Shown here: in pieces, positions 31,316 through 40,681 of the stretch | Layout of the letters: the number at the start of each line of letters is the position of its first letter | Position numbering within the stretch: the stretch's first letter is position 1 | Source: Pseudomonadota bacterium | GTDB taxonomy: Bacteria; Pseudomonadota; Gammaproteobacteria; Poriferisulfidales; JAYYZZ01 | NCBI GenBank assembly: GCA_036687665.1 | Contig: JAYYZZ010000003.1 | Coordinates: 68,129 to 132,128 of the forward strand | Direction: 5' to 3' | DNA: 64,000 bases | Notes under the pieces: model-generated | Database searches by the model: none | What the model saw: only the letters and a program-made list of their open reading frames with translations | What the model was told of the DNA's origin: nothing | Made by a program: the position numbers and the translations under genes

Positions 31316-31670
31316 GTTAACCGAACAGTCGCTGCATGTATGTGCAGAGGAAAGTCCGGGCTTCAATAGGGCAAGGTGCCAGGTAACACCTGGGAGGCGT
31401 GAGCCAACGGCAAGTGCCACAGAAAATATACCGCCTCATAGTTTTTAGCTCGAGCAAATATTATGCGGTAAGGGTGAAATGGTGTGGTAAGAGCACACCG
31501 CGTTGTTGGTAACAGCAATGGCAAGGTAAACCCCACCTGAAGCAAGACCAAATAGAGGGATAGATACATGTGGCCCACATGATCCCTGGGTAGGTCGCTA
31601 GAAGTTCATGGTGACATGAACTCAAGAGGAATGACTGTTCAAGACAGAACCCGGCTTATAGGTTAACTCC
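31316..31670 (+). ncRNA. rnpB: RNase P RNA, bacterial type A
   Basis: The P1 helix pairs GGAGTTAACC (31316) with GGTTAACTCC (31661..31670). Conserved blocks present: GAGGAAAGTCCGGGC, GGGTGCCAGGTAACACCTGGG, GGTAAGGGTGAAA, GTAAGAGCACACC and ACAGAACCCGGCTTA. Same position as in Pseudomonas, between rsmI and mraZ. Confidence 0.95.
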
Positions 31671-31852
31671 ACATTTTTATCCACTTTTTTCCACAACAGC
31701 ACAAGATTCCTATAATTTTCGTTGTTTTCTAGCAACAATTACACACATAAACTTAATGTAATTTATTAGGAATATACCCTAATAATCTGAATAAGAATGA
31801 TTGTTTAAATATATAAACATTATCTAAGTTATTGTGAAATAAAGGAAAAATC

Positions 31853-31880
31853 TTGACTTAATGTCAATTCTAACAATAAT
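31853..31880 (+). promoter_or_regulatory. Candidate sigma-70 promoter of the dcw cluster (Pmra): TTGACT-16 nt-AATAAT
   Basis: -35 TTGACT at 31853..31858 and -10 AATAAT at 31875..31880, 60 nt upstream of mraZ. Confidence 0.4.
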
Positions 31881-31890
31881 AGTGCCCTTA

Positions 31891-31917
31891 AGTGGTCAAA
31901 AGTGGTCTCTTGTGGAA
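31891..31917 (+). promoter_or_regulatory. MraZ-operator-like triple direct repeat (aGTGGTc / aGTGGTc / tGTGGAa, 10-bp period)
   Basis: GTGGT at 31892 and 31902 and GTGGA at 31912, each followed by a 5-nt spacer. They lie between the candidate -10 and the mraZ ATG. Confidence 0.5.
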
Positions 31918-31940
31918 AATTTTGAATATAACTGAAAAAT

Positions 31941-32399
31941 ATGATCAGAGGTATAAGCCAATTAGTCATCGACGACAAAGGTCGAGTCAAGATTCCTTCA
32001 CGCTACAGGGATATATTTCTTCGTGCGCCAGAACCAGTCTATCGCGTAGTGATAACTGTCGATCGGGATGGTTGTTTGCTTTTATACCCAGTCTCAGAGT
32101 GGGAGCGTGTCGAGAAGAACATAATGGAATTACCTAACTTAAATAAACAGGTTCGCAGAATTCAGCGTTTACTCTTTGGTCATGCTTGTGAGTTGGAGCT
32201 TGATGGGCAGGGGCGTGTAGTTATACCGCCTCCACTGCGGGAGTTTGCCGGTCTCGAGAAACAAGCTGTTTTGTGCGGGCAAGGAAATAAATTTGAATTG
32301 TGGTCAGAAGAAGTTTGGCTTGCTCAACGAGCAGCTTGGTTAAAAGAAGAGGAAGGAACGAACGAAATTAACAAAATTTTAGAATCTATAAAACTTTAA
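31941..32399 (+). CDS. mraZ: Transcriptional regulator MraZ
   Basis: 152 aa with two MraZ/SpoVT-AbrB repeats (DDKGRVKIP, DGQGRVVIP). Confidence 0.95.
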   Translation: MIRGISQLVIDDKGRVKIPSRYRDIFLRAPEPVYRVVITVDRDGCLLLYPVSEWERVEKNIMELPNLNKQVRRIQRLLFGHACELELDGQGRVVIPPPLREFAGLEKQAVLCGQGNKFELWSEEVWLAQRAAWLKEEEGTNEINKILESIKL

Positions 32400-32402
32400 T
32401 AG

Positions 32403-33341
32403 ATGGAGGGAACCATGTTGCGCCAACATACTTCGGTATTACTTAAGGAGTCCGTTAGTTCCTTGAATATAAAGAGGGATGGAATTTATGTCGACGCAAC
32501 GTTTGGGCGCGGAGGACATACTCAAGCCATACTAGAAAAGTTAGATTTGAACGGAAAGGTGATTGCATTTGACTGTGATCATGAGGCTAAAGATTTTGCA
32601 AAAGGGCATTTTGCACAAGATAAAAGATTTTTTTTTATTTCAAAACCTTTCTTATCCTTAAATCAATCTCTAGAGGAGATTGGTGCTAGTAAAAAAGTAG
32701 ATGGTGTCCTTTTAGATTTAGGTGTTTCTTCGCCGCAATTAGATAACCCAGAAAGAGGTTTTAGCTTTTTAGAAGACGGCCCCCTTGATATGCGCATGGA
32801 CACTAATGGCGGAGTAACCGCAGCTCAATGGCTATCGGATGCAAGCCCAGATGACATTAAGATGGTTCTAAAAGATTACGGAGAAGAAAGGTATTTTTCC
32901 CAAATATCAAACGCTATAATTAAGTTCCGTCAGACTGAGGCAATAAAGACTACCAAACAATTATCTGATCTTGTCTGCCGCGTTATTCCAAAAAAGGAAA
33001 GAAATAAACACCCGGCTACTCGCACCTTCCTTGCGATTCGTATCCACATAAATAACGAGCTAGATGCACTAACTAATGTACTCGAACAAACTTTGTCATG
33101 TTTAATTAAAGGAGGAAGGGTCGTAGTAATTAGTTTTCATTCATTAGAAGACAGGATTGTTAAAAGATTTTTCCGTCAATATAGTAAGCCTGAACCTACA
33201 TCTAAAAATTTACCACCCCCTTTGAAAGATTTTGTACCTCAGCTTGTTCAAGTTGGCAGCTTAACGAGGCCAACAGAAGAGGAGTGCGCAAGTAATCCGC
33301 GTGCTAGAAGCGCAAAAATGCGTGTTGCCGAAAAAATATGA
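32403..33341 (+). CDS. rsmH: 16S rRNA m4C1402 methyltransferase
   Basis: Motifs DATFGRGGH and DLGVSSPQLD. The start could be the ATG at 32415. Confidence 0.95.
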   Translation: MEGTMLRQHTSVLLKESVSSLNIKRDGIYVDATFGRGGHTQAILEKLDLNGKVIAFDCDHEAKDFAKGHFAQDKRFFFISKPFLSLNQSLEEIGASKKVDGVLLDLGVSSPQLDNPERGFSFLEDGPLDMRMDTNGGVTAAQWLSDASPDDIKMVLKDYGEERYFSQISNAIIKFRQTEAIKTTKQLSDLVCRVIPKKERNKHPATRTFLAIRIHINNELDALTNVLEQTLSCLIKGGRVVVISFHSLEDRIVKRFFRQYSKPEPTSKNLPPPLKDFVPQLVQVGSLTRPTEEECASNPRARSAKMRVAEKI

Positions 33342-33613
33342 ATATGAAAAATATTCTTATCGTTAGTTTGCTTGTTTTTTTAAATGTTATTAGCGCAATA
33401 AGCGTTATATTTTTTAAGCATGAGAATAAAGAACTATATAAAGATTTAGAGCAGCTGAATGACGAGTTTTATTCATTGCAAACAACTTATGGTCGCTTAC
33501 AGCTTGAGCAAAGCGCATATATTGCACCAGGAAGAATTGAGGGGTTGGCAAGAGAAAAATTAGAAATGGTAAAACCAAGTGAAAAACAAACTAGAAGAGT
33601 GATTGTTCCATGA
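33338..33613 (+). CDS. ftsL: Cell division protein FtsL
   Basis: 91 aa with a single TM helix plus a coiled coil, located between rsmH and ftsI. Confidence 0.85.
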   Translation: MNMKNILIVSLLVFLNVISAISVIFFKHENKELYKDLEQLNDEFYSLQTTYGRLQLEQSAYIAPGRIEGLAREKLEMVKPSEKQTRRVIVP

Positions 33614-35331
33614 AGAAAAGACAGACAAAAAAAACTTGTTGTTGGCAGCAAAATACTGTTTTTGTTTTTGTCATTTTCTCGATGCTGACTTTATTGTTTA
33701 AAATCTCTCACATAATTTTCTTTGATAAGCATGATTACAAAACCGAAGCACGTAAAAGACAAATCACTACGGTCAGTATCCCAGCACATAGAGGAAATAT
33801 AGTTGACAGGCATGGTGAGCCGATAGCTATTAGCACACCAGTAGACACTATAGGTGCAGTTCCAAAACAAGCTATTGGGTCTGCGACAGATCTGTCACAG
33901 CTAGCTCAACTACTAGGAAAAACAGAAGATAAATTAAAGCGCGATTTAAAAAATAAATCGCACAAGAAGTATATTATTTTAAAAAGACAGGTGAACCCGA
34001 CCATTGCGCAGAAAATAAAAGAATTAAAAATAAGCGGCATACATTTTAAGAAAGAATACAAGCGTTATTATCTAGGAGGAGAAACGGCATCACAACTTGT
34101 AGGAATAACAGATAAAGACGATGAAGGGCAGGAAGGGTTAGAGAAACTTTATAATGCTTTACTTAGAGGGGAGCCAGGAAAAAAACGCATATTAAAAGAT
34201 AACCTTCGCCATACTTTAAAAAATATTTCAATCTTAAAAAAACCAAAAGAAGGCCAGGATATAATTCTTAGCATTGATCGGCAGTTGCAGTACCAAGCTT
34301 ACCGAGATTTAAAATCTCAAGTTATTCGACATGGTGCATTGTCTGGATCTATAGTGGTGCTCGACCCATACAATGGACAAATTTTAGCTATGGCGAGCGT
34401 CCCAGCATTTAACCCAAACAAAAGAAGCGATTATTTTCCTGCTGGGATGAGAAATCGTGCAATGACAGATTTAATGGAACCAGGTTCAGTTATTAAACCA
34501 TTTACAGTTATTGCAGCTCTTGCCTCTGACCGTTTTAATTTAAGTACTACAATAGATACATCTCCTGGTACTTTCAAAGTTTCAAATTATGTAATTAAAG
34601 ATATACATGATAATGGGCAAACAAGTGTCGAAAATGTTCTCATAAAATCAAGCAACATTGGTTCTGCAAAAATAGCATTGGATCTTGAACCAAACGCAAT
34701 TAATACAATATTACATAAAGTTGGCTTTGGGCAAAACACTCAGTCAGGGTTCCCAGGAGAGATGAGTGGCACCTTGAAAGATTCAGAAAAACTTAGCAAG
34801 CACGAACTTGCAACACTTAGTTTTGGATATAATATGCAGGCAACATTGCTACAAGTCGCAAGAGCATATAGCGTTATTGCAACCGGTGGTTATTTACCCA
34901 CTATTAGCTTTCTGAAAAAAAATACAAAACCTGCCCGCGTACTCCCTGCAACACACACAAATGCTGTTTTAAGGGTATTGGAAAAGGTTGTTAGCAGTGA
35001 AGAGGGAACAGGTAAAAAAGCTAGAATTGCCGGATATACTGTGGCGGGTAAAACAGGAACTATAAAAAAATACAGTAGTAGCGGTGGTTATTCGGAAAAC
35101 AAATATATTTCTGCTTTTGCAGGGATAGCGCCCGCTTCCAACCCAAAATTGGTCTGCGTGGTTGTGATACATGAACCAAGCAAAGGTGTTTATTTTGGCG
35201 GTGAAATTGCTGCACCAGTTTTCTCAAAAGTTATGGAAGTTGCTCTCAGAAAATTTAATATATCTCCAGACATGTTCAAGCATAAAGATATACATATGGA
35301 TGGCAGCCAAGTTGCATGGAGCAGAAAATGA
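33610..35331 (+). CDS. ftsI: Peptidoglycan D,D-transpeptidase FtsI (PBP3)
   Basis: TM anchor and the motifs SVIK (SxxK), SSN and KTGT. Confidence 0.95.
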   Translation: MKKRQTKKTCCWQQNTVFVFVIFSMLTLLFKISHIIFFDKHDYKTEARKRQITTVSIPAHRGNIVDRHGEPIAISTPVDTIGAVPKQAIGSATDLSQLAQLLGKTEDKLKRDLKNKSHKKYIILKRQVNPTIAQKIKELKISGIHFKKEYKRYYLGGETASQLVGITDKDDEGQEGLEKLYNALLRGEPGKKRILKDNLRHTLKNISILKKPKEGQDIILSIDRQLQYQAYRDLKSQVIRHGALSGSIVVLDPYNGQILAMASVPAFNPNKRSDYFPAGMRNRAMTDLMEPGSVIKPFTVIAALASDRFNLSTTIDTSPGTFKVSNYVIKDIHDNGQTSVENVLIKSSNIGSAKIALDLEPNAINTILHKVGFGQNTQSGFPGEMSGTLKDSEKLSKHELATLSFGYNMQATLLQVARAYSVIATGGYLPTISFLKKNTKPARVLPATHTNAVLRVLEKVVSSEEGTGKKARIAGYTVAGKTGTIKKYSSSGGYSENKYISAFAGIAPASNPKLVCVVVIHEPSKGVYFGGEIAAPVFSKVMEVALRKFNISPDMFKHKDIHMDGSQVAWSRK

Positions 35332-36833
35332 TAGAAAATTTATCATCTGATAATGCAAAGCAAAAGCTATCTTTTTTACTAGAAGGTTTAGTGAACATTC
35401 AAAAAGACCATGATGTTTTAATAACAGGGATCCATCAGAACAGCAATGCAATAAAAAAAGGGGATCTTTTTATAGCAATCCCAGGCATTCGCACTCACGG
35501 TTTGAAATATGCAGATCAGGCAGTAAGTCAAGGCGCGGCCGCGATTGCATGGGAGCCAACAGAAGAAATATCTGATGACCCTATCTTTAAAATTCCATGC
35601 ATCAAAGTTGCAGGTTTACGCAAACAAACAGGTTTCATTGCCAGCAGATTTTATTCACATCCCTCTGAGCATTTGAAAGTTGTTGGCATTACAGGAACAG
35701 ATGGAAAAACTTCTGTTGCTGGGTTTGTAGCTCAGATATTAGATAACTTGGATAGAAAGTGCGGTCTTATTGGGACCTTAGGTTATGGTCACCTTTCTGC
35801 CCTCGAAAAATCAGTGCACACCACTCCTGAAGCAAATATTATTCAGAATGTTTTGTATAACATGGTGCAGTCGGGAGATATGTTCGCAGTATTAGAAGCG
35901 TCGTCTCATGGTCTTTCCCAGCACAGACTAAATGGTGTTTCATTTGATATTGCGGTATTAACTAATATTGGGAATGATCATTCCGATTACCACCCAAGCA
36001 AAGAAGATTATGTAAAAGCTAAACAAAAATTATTTGAAATTTCGTCACTACAAACTGCTATTTTAAATATTGACGATCTTTTTGGAGAGCAGCTCAGCAA
36101 ACGTTTATCTAATTCTGGCATTGAGGTCCATACTTGCAGCTCTTCAAACAAAAAAGCGGATGTTTTTTCTAAGAATATTCAATATACCAGCGAGGGTTTA
36201 GAATTTGATGTAGTAACCCCATGGGGTAGCAGCACGGTAAAAAGTCCGCTGTTTGGTGAATTTAATATTCAGAATTTACTTTTATCAATAGCTACCCTAT
36301 GTAGCCTTAAAGTTGATTATAAAAGTGTAATTAGGGTGCTCCCTTTGCTAATACCCGTGCATGGGCGGATGAACAAACTTGCTTCGAAAAAGCAAGCAAC
36401 AATATTTGTAGATTATGCACACACCCCCCAAGCTCTCGAAAACGCACTACATTCTATAAAACAACATTTCAGGTCACCTGTTTGCTGTGTATTTGGTTGT
36501 GGTGGGGATAGGGATGCAAAAAAACGTCCATTAATGGCAAAAGTTGCTGAACAATATTCACAGAGCATAATTGTTACTGATGATAATCCCAGGACTGAAG
36601 ACCCAAAAGGCATTGTGAAAGATATTATTTCGGGTTTTACTAACACACAAGAAGTTTCTGTGGTACATGATCGCGCGACTGCCATTAGGCAAGCTATTTC
36701 CAAGACAGCCGCATCAGAAGTTGTATTAGTGGCAGGGAAAGGGCATGAGGAAGAACAAATAGTCGGCGAAGAAAAACACCCTTTTGATGATATGAAATTT
36801 ATCCAAGAGTTCTTGCAGGAGATTGGGCAATGA
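35316..36833 (+). CDS. murE: UDP-MurNAc-tripeptide synthetase (meso-DAP adding)
   Basis: Mur ligase P-loop GITGTDGKTS and the DNPR motif (DDNPRTEDP). Confidence 0.95.
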   Translation: MEQKMIENLSSDNAKQKLSFLLEGLVNIQKDHDVLITGIHQNSNAIKKGDLFIAIPGIRTHGLKYADQAVSQGAAAIAWEPTEEISDDPIFKIPCIKVAGLRKQTGFIASRFYSHPSEHLKVVGITGTDGKTSVAGFVAQILDNLDRKCGLIGTLGYGHLSALEKSVHTTPEANIIQNVLYNMVQSGDMFAVLEASSHGLSQHRLNGVSFDIAVLTNIGNDHSDYHPSKEDYVKAKQKLFEISSLQTAILNIDDLFGEQLSKRLSNSGIEVHTCSSSNKKADVFSKNIQYTSEGLEFDVVTPWGSSTVKSPLFGEFNIQNLLLSIATLCSLKVDYKSVIRVLPLLIPVHGRMNKLASKKQATIFVDYAHTPQALENALHSIKQHFRSPVCCVFGCGGDRDAKKRPLMAKVAEQYSQSIIVTDDNPRTEDPKGIVKDIISGFTNTQEVSVVHDRATAIRQAISKTAASEVVLVAGKGHEEEQIVGEEKHPFDDMKFIQEFLQEIGQ

Positions 36834-38161
36834 GCTGGATTACGCTAGCAGAATTTTCCGAGATGGCAGGAGGGGAGCTCCTAGGAAGTGATAGAAATAT
36901 TGATTCTATTTCAATAGATACTAGGACAATTAAGGAAGGGCAATTATTTGTTGCCTTGCAAGGAGAAAATTTTGATGGACACGATTTTATAACACAGTGT
37001 GAGGATATTGCGGCAGGCGCGATGTTATCTAAAAAGATGGACGTAAATTGCTCACAAGTAATAGTGGACAACACATTCAGCGGGTTAAACAGCGCGGCTT
37101 TATGTTGGCGTAAGACACTGAATCTGCCAATAGTTGCACTGACGGGTAGCAACGGAAAGACAACTGTAAAAGAGATGATCACATCTATTCTGAGCGTGTC
37201 GGCTAATGTTTCGGCTACTGTAGGTAATCTTAATAACCATATTGGTGTTCCTTTAACACTTCTTTCGATAAGAAAGAAGCATGACTACGCAGTAATCGAA
37301 CTTGGTGCAAATCACCCAGGGGAAATAACAATGCTTTCTAAGCTTGCTAGCCCTGATGTCGCATTAATTACGAATGCCGCATCCGCGCATCTAGAAGGTT
37401 TTGGGGATATACAAGGTGTTGCAAAAGCTAAAGCTGAGATATTTAAATTTTTGAATCCCAATGGCGTTGCAGTCATCAATTCCGATGATAAGTTTGCAAA
37501 CTATTGGTCAGATATAGTGAGCGATATAAATCAAATTTCCTTTGGTATGGAAAAAAATGCAGATGTTTCTGCAGTTGAATTACCTCAGAGTAGAATAAAG
37601 ATTGTTCATAAAAACAAAAGTATTACTCTTTCTCTTCCTTTGCGAGGCAAGCACAATATTTATAATGCTTTAGCAGCATCAGCAGTATGTTTAGCATTGG
37701 GAATTTCTCTAGAAAACATTAAGCCGGGTTTAGAAAGCATAAAAACAACGGAAGGGCGCCTGAATTTTAAAAAAGGTATTCAGGGTTCATGTGTAATTGA
37801 TGATACATATAATGCAAACCCAGATTCTTTGAAAGCTGGCATTGATGTATTAAAAAGCTGTTCGGGAAGGCACTGGCTTGTTCTTGGAGATATGGCGGAA
37901 TTAGGAGATAAAACTAAAGATATGCATTATGTCTTAGGTGAACACCTGAAGAAAGAGGGAATTGAGAAAGTTTTTGCAATAGGAGATGCAAGTGCTGAGA
38001 CAATTCGTGCGTTTGGCGAAGGCGGGCAGCATTTTGAAGACCCTGACTCACTTTTTGACGAAATTCTTTTACATATAGACCCAACTGTAAACGTTTTAGT
38101 AAAAGGTTCTCGATTCATGCACTTAGAAAATATTGTTCAATTGTTAGTAGAGAGAAATTAG
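36830..38161 (+). CDS. murF: UDP-MurNAc-pentapeptide synthetase
   Basis: P-loop LTGSNGKTT, Mur ligase domains. Confidence 0.95.
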   Translation: MSWITLAEFSEMAGGELLGSDRNIDSISIDTRTIKEGQLFVALQGENFDGHDFITQCEDIAAGAMLSKKMDVNCSQVIVDNTFSGLNSAALCWRKTLNLPIVALTGSNGKTTVKEMITSILSVSANVSATVGNLNNHIGVPLTLLSIRKKHDYAVIELGANHPGEITMLSKLASPDVALITNAASAHLEGFGDIQGVAKAKAEIFKFLNPNGVAVINSDDKFANYWSDIVSDINQISFGMEKNADVSAVELPQSRIKIVHKNKSITLSLPLRGKHNIYNALAASAVCLALGISLENIKPGLESIKTTEGRLNFKKGIQGSCVIDDTYNANPDSLKAGIDVLKSCSGRHWLVLGDMAELGDKTKDMHYVLGEHLKKEGIEKVFAIGDASAETIRAFGEGGQHFEDPDSLFDEILLHIDPTVNVLVKGSRFMHLENIVQLLVERN

Positions 38162-38174
38162 GCAGAGGGTAATC

Positions 38175-39254
38175 ATGTTATTAGAATTTTTTGAATATTT
38201 ATCAAATTACTATAGCGGGTTCAGCGTGTTTCAATATATAACGCTAAGAAGCATTTTGAGCGCTCTTACTGCAATCGTCATATCATTCTTAATAGGCCCT
38301 ATTGTGATCGAAAAACTTGCCTTAAGAAAAGTAGGAGAAGTAATTAGAGAAGAAGGACCTGAATCTCACTACAATAAAGCTGGCACTCCAACTATGGGTG
38401 GCATGTTGATTTTAATTTCTGTATTAACGGGAACATTGTTATGGACTGATTTATCAAATAGATACATATATATAGTTTTATTTGTAATGGTCTCGTTTGC
38501 AATTCTGGGAGGCTTTGATGATTACAAGAAAATCAAACTGAACAGCAAAGGGATGGCGGCTATTACAAAATTCTTTTGGCAGTCTGCAATATCATTTGTC
38601 GCTGTGTATATATTATATAAAACAGCACAAACTACTCCAGAAACACAATTAATTATCCCATTTTGGAAATCAATCGTTGTTGATCTTGGCGTATGGTTTA
38701 TTCCACTTTCATATTTAGTAATAGTTGCTACCAGTAACGCTGTCAACATAACTGACGGTCTTGACGGGTTAGCAATTATGCCCGCTATATTAATTTCTGG
38801 CGCACTGGCAATCTTTGCTTATGCTTCTGGCAATATAAATTTCTCGCATTATTTAGCTATTCCTTATTTGCCTTTAGCAGGTGAGCTAGTGGTTTTCTGC
38901 AGCAGTTTAGTGGGGGCTGGGCTCGGGTTTCTTTGGTTTAATACATACCCCGCGCAAATTTTTATGGGTAATTTGGGAGCTTTATCAATTGGTGCGGCTA
39001 TTGGTGTTATTGCTGTCTTGGTGCGACAAGAGATAGTTCTTATCATTATGGGTGGTGTCTTTGTTGTTGAAACCCTATCTGTAATTGGCCAAGTTGTATC
39101 TTACAAGCTTACAGGAAAAAGAATTTTTTTAATGGCTCCATTGCATCATCACTTTGAATTAAAAGGTTGGCCAGAGCCTAGGGTTATCGTGAGATTTTGG
39201 ATTATAACCGTAATTCTGGTTTTAGTTAGTTTAGCTACATTGAAAGTGCGTTAA
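38175..39254 (+). CDS. mraY: Phospho-MurNAc-pentapeptide translocase
   Basis: 359 aa polytopic protein with the motifs [13 protein letters not shown] and PLHHHFE. Confidence 0.95.
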   Translation: MLLEFFEYLSNYYSGFSVFQYITLRSILSALTAIVISFLIGPIVIEKLALRKVGEVIREEGPESHYNKAGTPTMGGMLILISVLTGTLLWTDLSNRYIYIVLFVMVSFAILGGFDDYKKIKLNSKGMAAITKFFWQSAISFVAVYILYKTAQTTPETQLIIPFWKSIVVDLGVWFIPLSYLVIVATSNAVNITDGLDGLAIMPAILISGALAIFAYASGNINFSHYLAIPYLPLAGELVVFCSSLVGAGLGFLWFNTYPAQIFMGNLGALSIGAAIGVIAVLVRQEIVLIIMGGVFVVETLSVIGQVVSYKLTGKRIFLMAPLHHHFELKGWPEPRVIVRFWIITVILVLVSLATLKVR

Positions 39255-39302
39255 TTTAAAAAGTATGTTTGTTTTTCCATTTAAACAAGGGGGGACCTAA
39301 AT

Positions 39303-40613
39303 ATGGCAAACACAACTGATAGAGGTAATGACCTTTTTGAACTCATGGATACTCATGAGCAAACTGCGGTCATCAAAGTAATGGGTATCGGCGGTGGCGG
39401 AGGTAATGCCGTCCAACACATGGTGAATTCATGTGTAGAGGGCGTTGACTTTGTTTGCGCAAATACTGATGCTCAGGCCCTGAAAAATTGTACTGCTAAA
39501 ACTTTGTTACAGCTAGGTGGTGGCATTACTAAAGGGTTAGGAGCAGGAGCAGATCCAGAAATAGGAAAGCAGGCAGCATTAGAGGATCGAGACATCATTA
39601 AAGAAGTTATACAAGATACGGATATGCTGTTCATTACCGCTGGTATGGGAGGAGGCACAGGTACGGGCGCTGCTCCTGAGATTGCTAAAATTGCTAGAGA
39701 AATGGATGTTTTAACTGTTGCCGTTGTAACTAAGCCTTTTAAATTTGAAGGAGATAGGCGGATGAAGGCTGCAGTCAAAGGTATTGAAGAACTTGGGCAA
39801 CATGTAGATTCTTTAATTACAATTCCAAACGAGAAGTTAGTAACATGTTTGGGCGAAAACGTCACACTTCTAAATGGTTTTAAAGAGGCAGATAATATTT
39901 TATTTGGAGCAGTTCAGGGTATAGCTGAGCTTATAACACGCCCTGGGCTAATCAATGTTGATTTTGCTGATGTTAAAACTGTTATGGCTGAAACGGGAGT
40001 AGCAATGATGGGTACAGGCTCAGCATCAGGTTCTAATCGGGCGGTGGAAGCAGCAGAAAATGCTATTAACAGTCCTCTGCTGGAGGATATAAATGTTGTA
40101 GGAGCTGCTGGCGTATTGGTAAATGTTACTGCAGGTCCTGATTTGCAAATCTCTGAGTATGAGGCGGTTGGGGCTACTATAAGTTCTATAATGCGCGACA
40201 ATGCAACAGTAGTAATTGGTAATGTCATTGATCCTGCAATGATTGATGACTTGCGTGTTACATTAGTAGCTACAGGTCTTGATGCTAGTGCTTCTTCTTC
40301 GCAAGGAGAGCAGGAGACGGAAGCAACACATCTAGAAGAAGCTGCACCTGATGTTTCGGATCAAAATATTGCTGTTGAGGCACAACCAGAATTTGAGGTT
40401 GCGCATGAAGAAGAAACTCAAGAGCTTATTTTTGAAGAATCTGAGGATCAATACATTGAATCTGAGATGACCGTCAGCGGAGACACTATAAGCGAAGACA
40501 CTATAAGCGAAGATACTGTAAGTGTTACTGAAGCAGATCCAGATCCCGACGATGCAGATTATGAGCGAAAGGATCTAGATGTGCCTGCTTTTTTAAGGAG
40601 ACAAGCTGACTGA
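39303..40613 (+). CDS. ftsZ: Cell division GTPase FtsZ (non-canonical position in the dcw cluster)
   Basis: Tubulin signature GGGTGTGAAP, an acidic linker and the C-terminal peptide DLDVPAFLRRQAD. SD AAGGGGGGA upstream. Confidence 0.95.
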   Translation: MANTTDRGNDLFELMDTHEQTAVIKVMGIGGGGGNAVQHMVNSCVEGVDFVCANTDAQALKNCTAKTLLQLGGGITKGLGAGADPEIGKQAALEDRDIIKEVIQDTDMLFITAGMGGGTGTGAAPEIAKIAREMDVLTVAVVTKPFKFEGDRRMKAAVKGIEELGQHVDSLITIPNEKLVTCLGENVTLLNGFKEADNILFGAVQGIAELITRPGLINVDFADVKTVMAETGVAMMGTGSASGSNRAVEAAENAINSPLLEDINVVGAAGVLVNVTAGPDLQISEYEAVGATISSIMRDNATVVIGNVIDPAMIDDLRVTLVATGLDASASSSQGEQETEATHLEEAAPDVSDQNIAVEAQPEFEVAHEEETQELIFEESEDQYIESEMTVSGDTISEDTISEDTVSVTEADPDPDDADYERKDLDVPAFLRRQAD

Positions 40614-40681
40614 TTAATTTTCTAATATAACCAAGAACTGCAAGGTATTCTTGTAATAGTGGCGTTATGCTATAGGGCTAT

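Noticed and set aside
31363-31578. A 71-aa minus-strand ORF.
   Set aside because: It lies entirely inside the RNase P RNA gene.
31677-31695. Two adjacent DnaA-box-like 9-mers (TTATCCACT, TTTTCCACA) just after rnpB, which might suggest an origin or a DnaA-regulated promoter.
   Set aside because: No AT-rich DUE, clustered box array or dnaA/dnaN/gidA context is present. Relaxed DnaA-box matches are expected by chance in AT-rich DNA. They are mentioned only as a caveat in the MraZ-box finding.
31892-32137. An 81-aa plus-strand ORF starting at a GTG in the MraZ-box region.
   Set aside because: It overlaps mraZ out of frame, and its GTG is simply the first GTGGT operator repeat.
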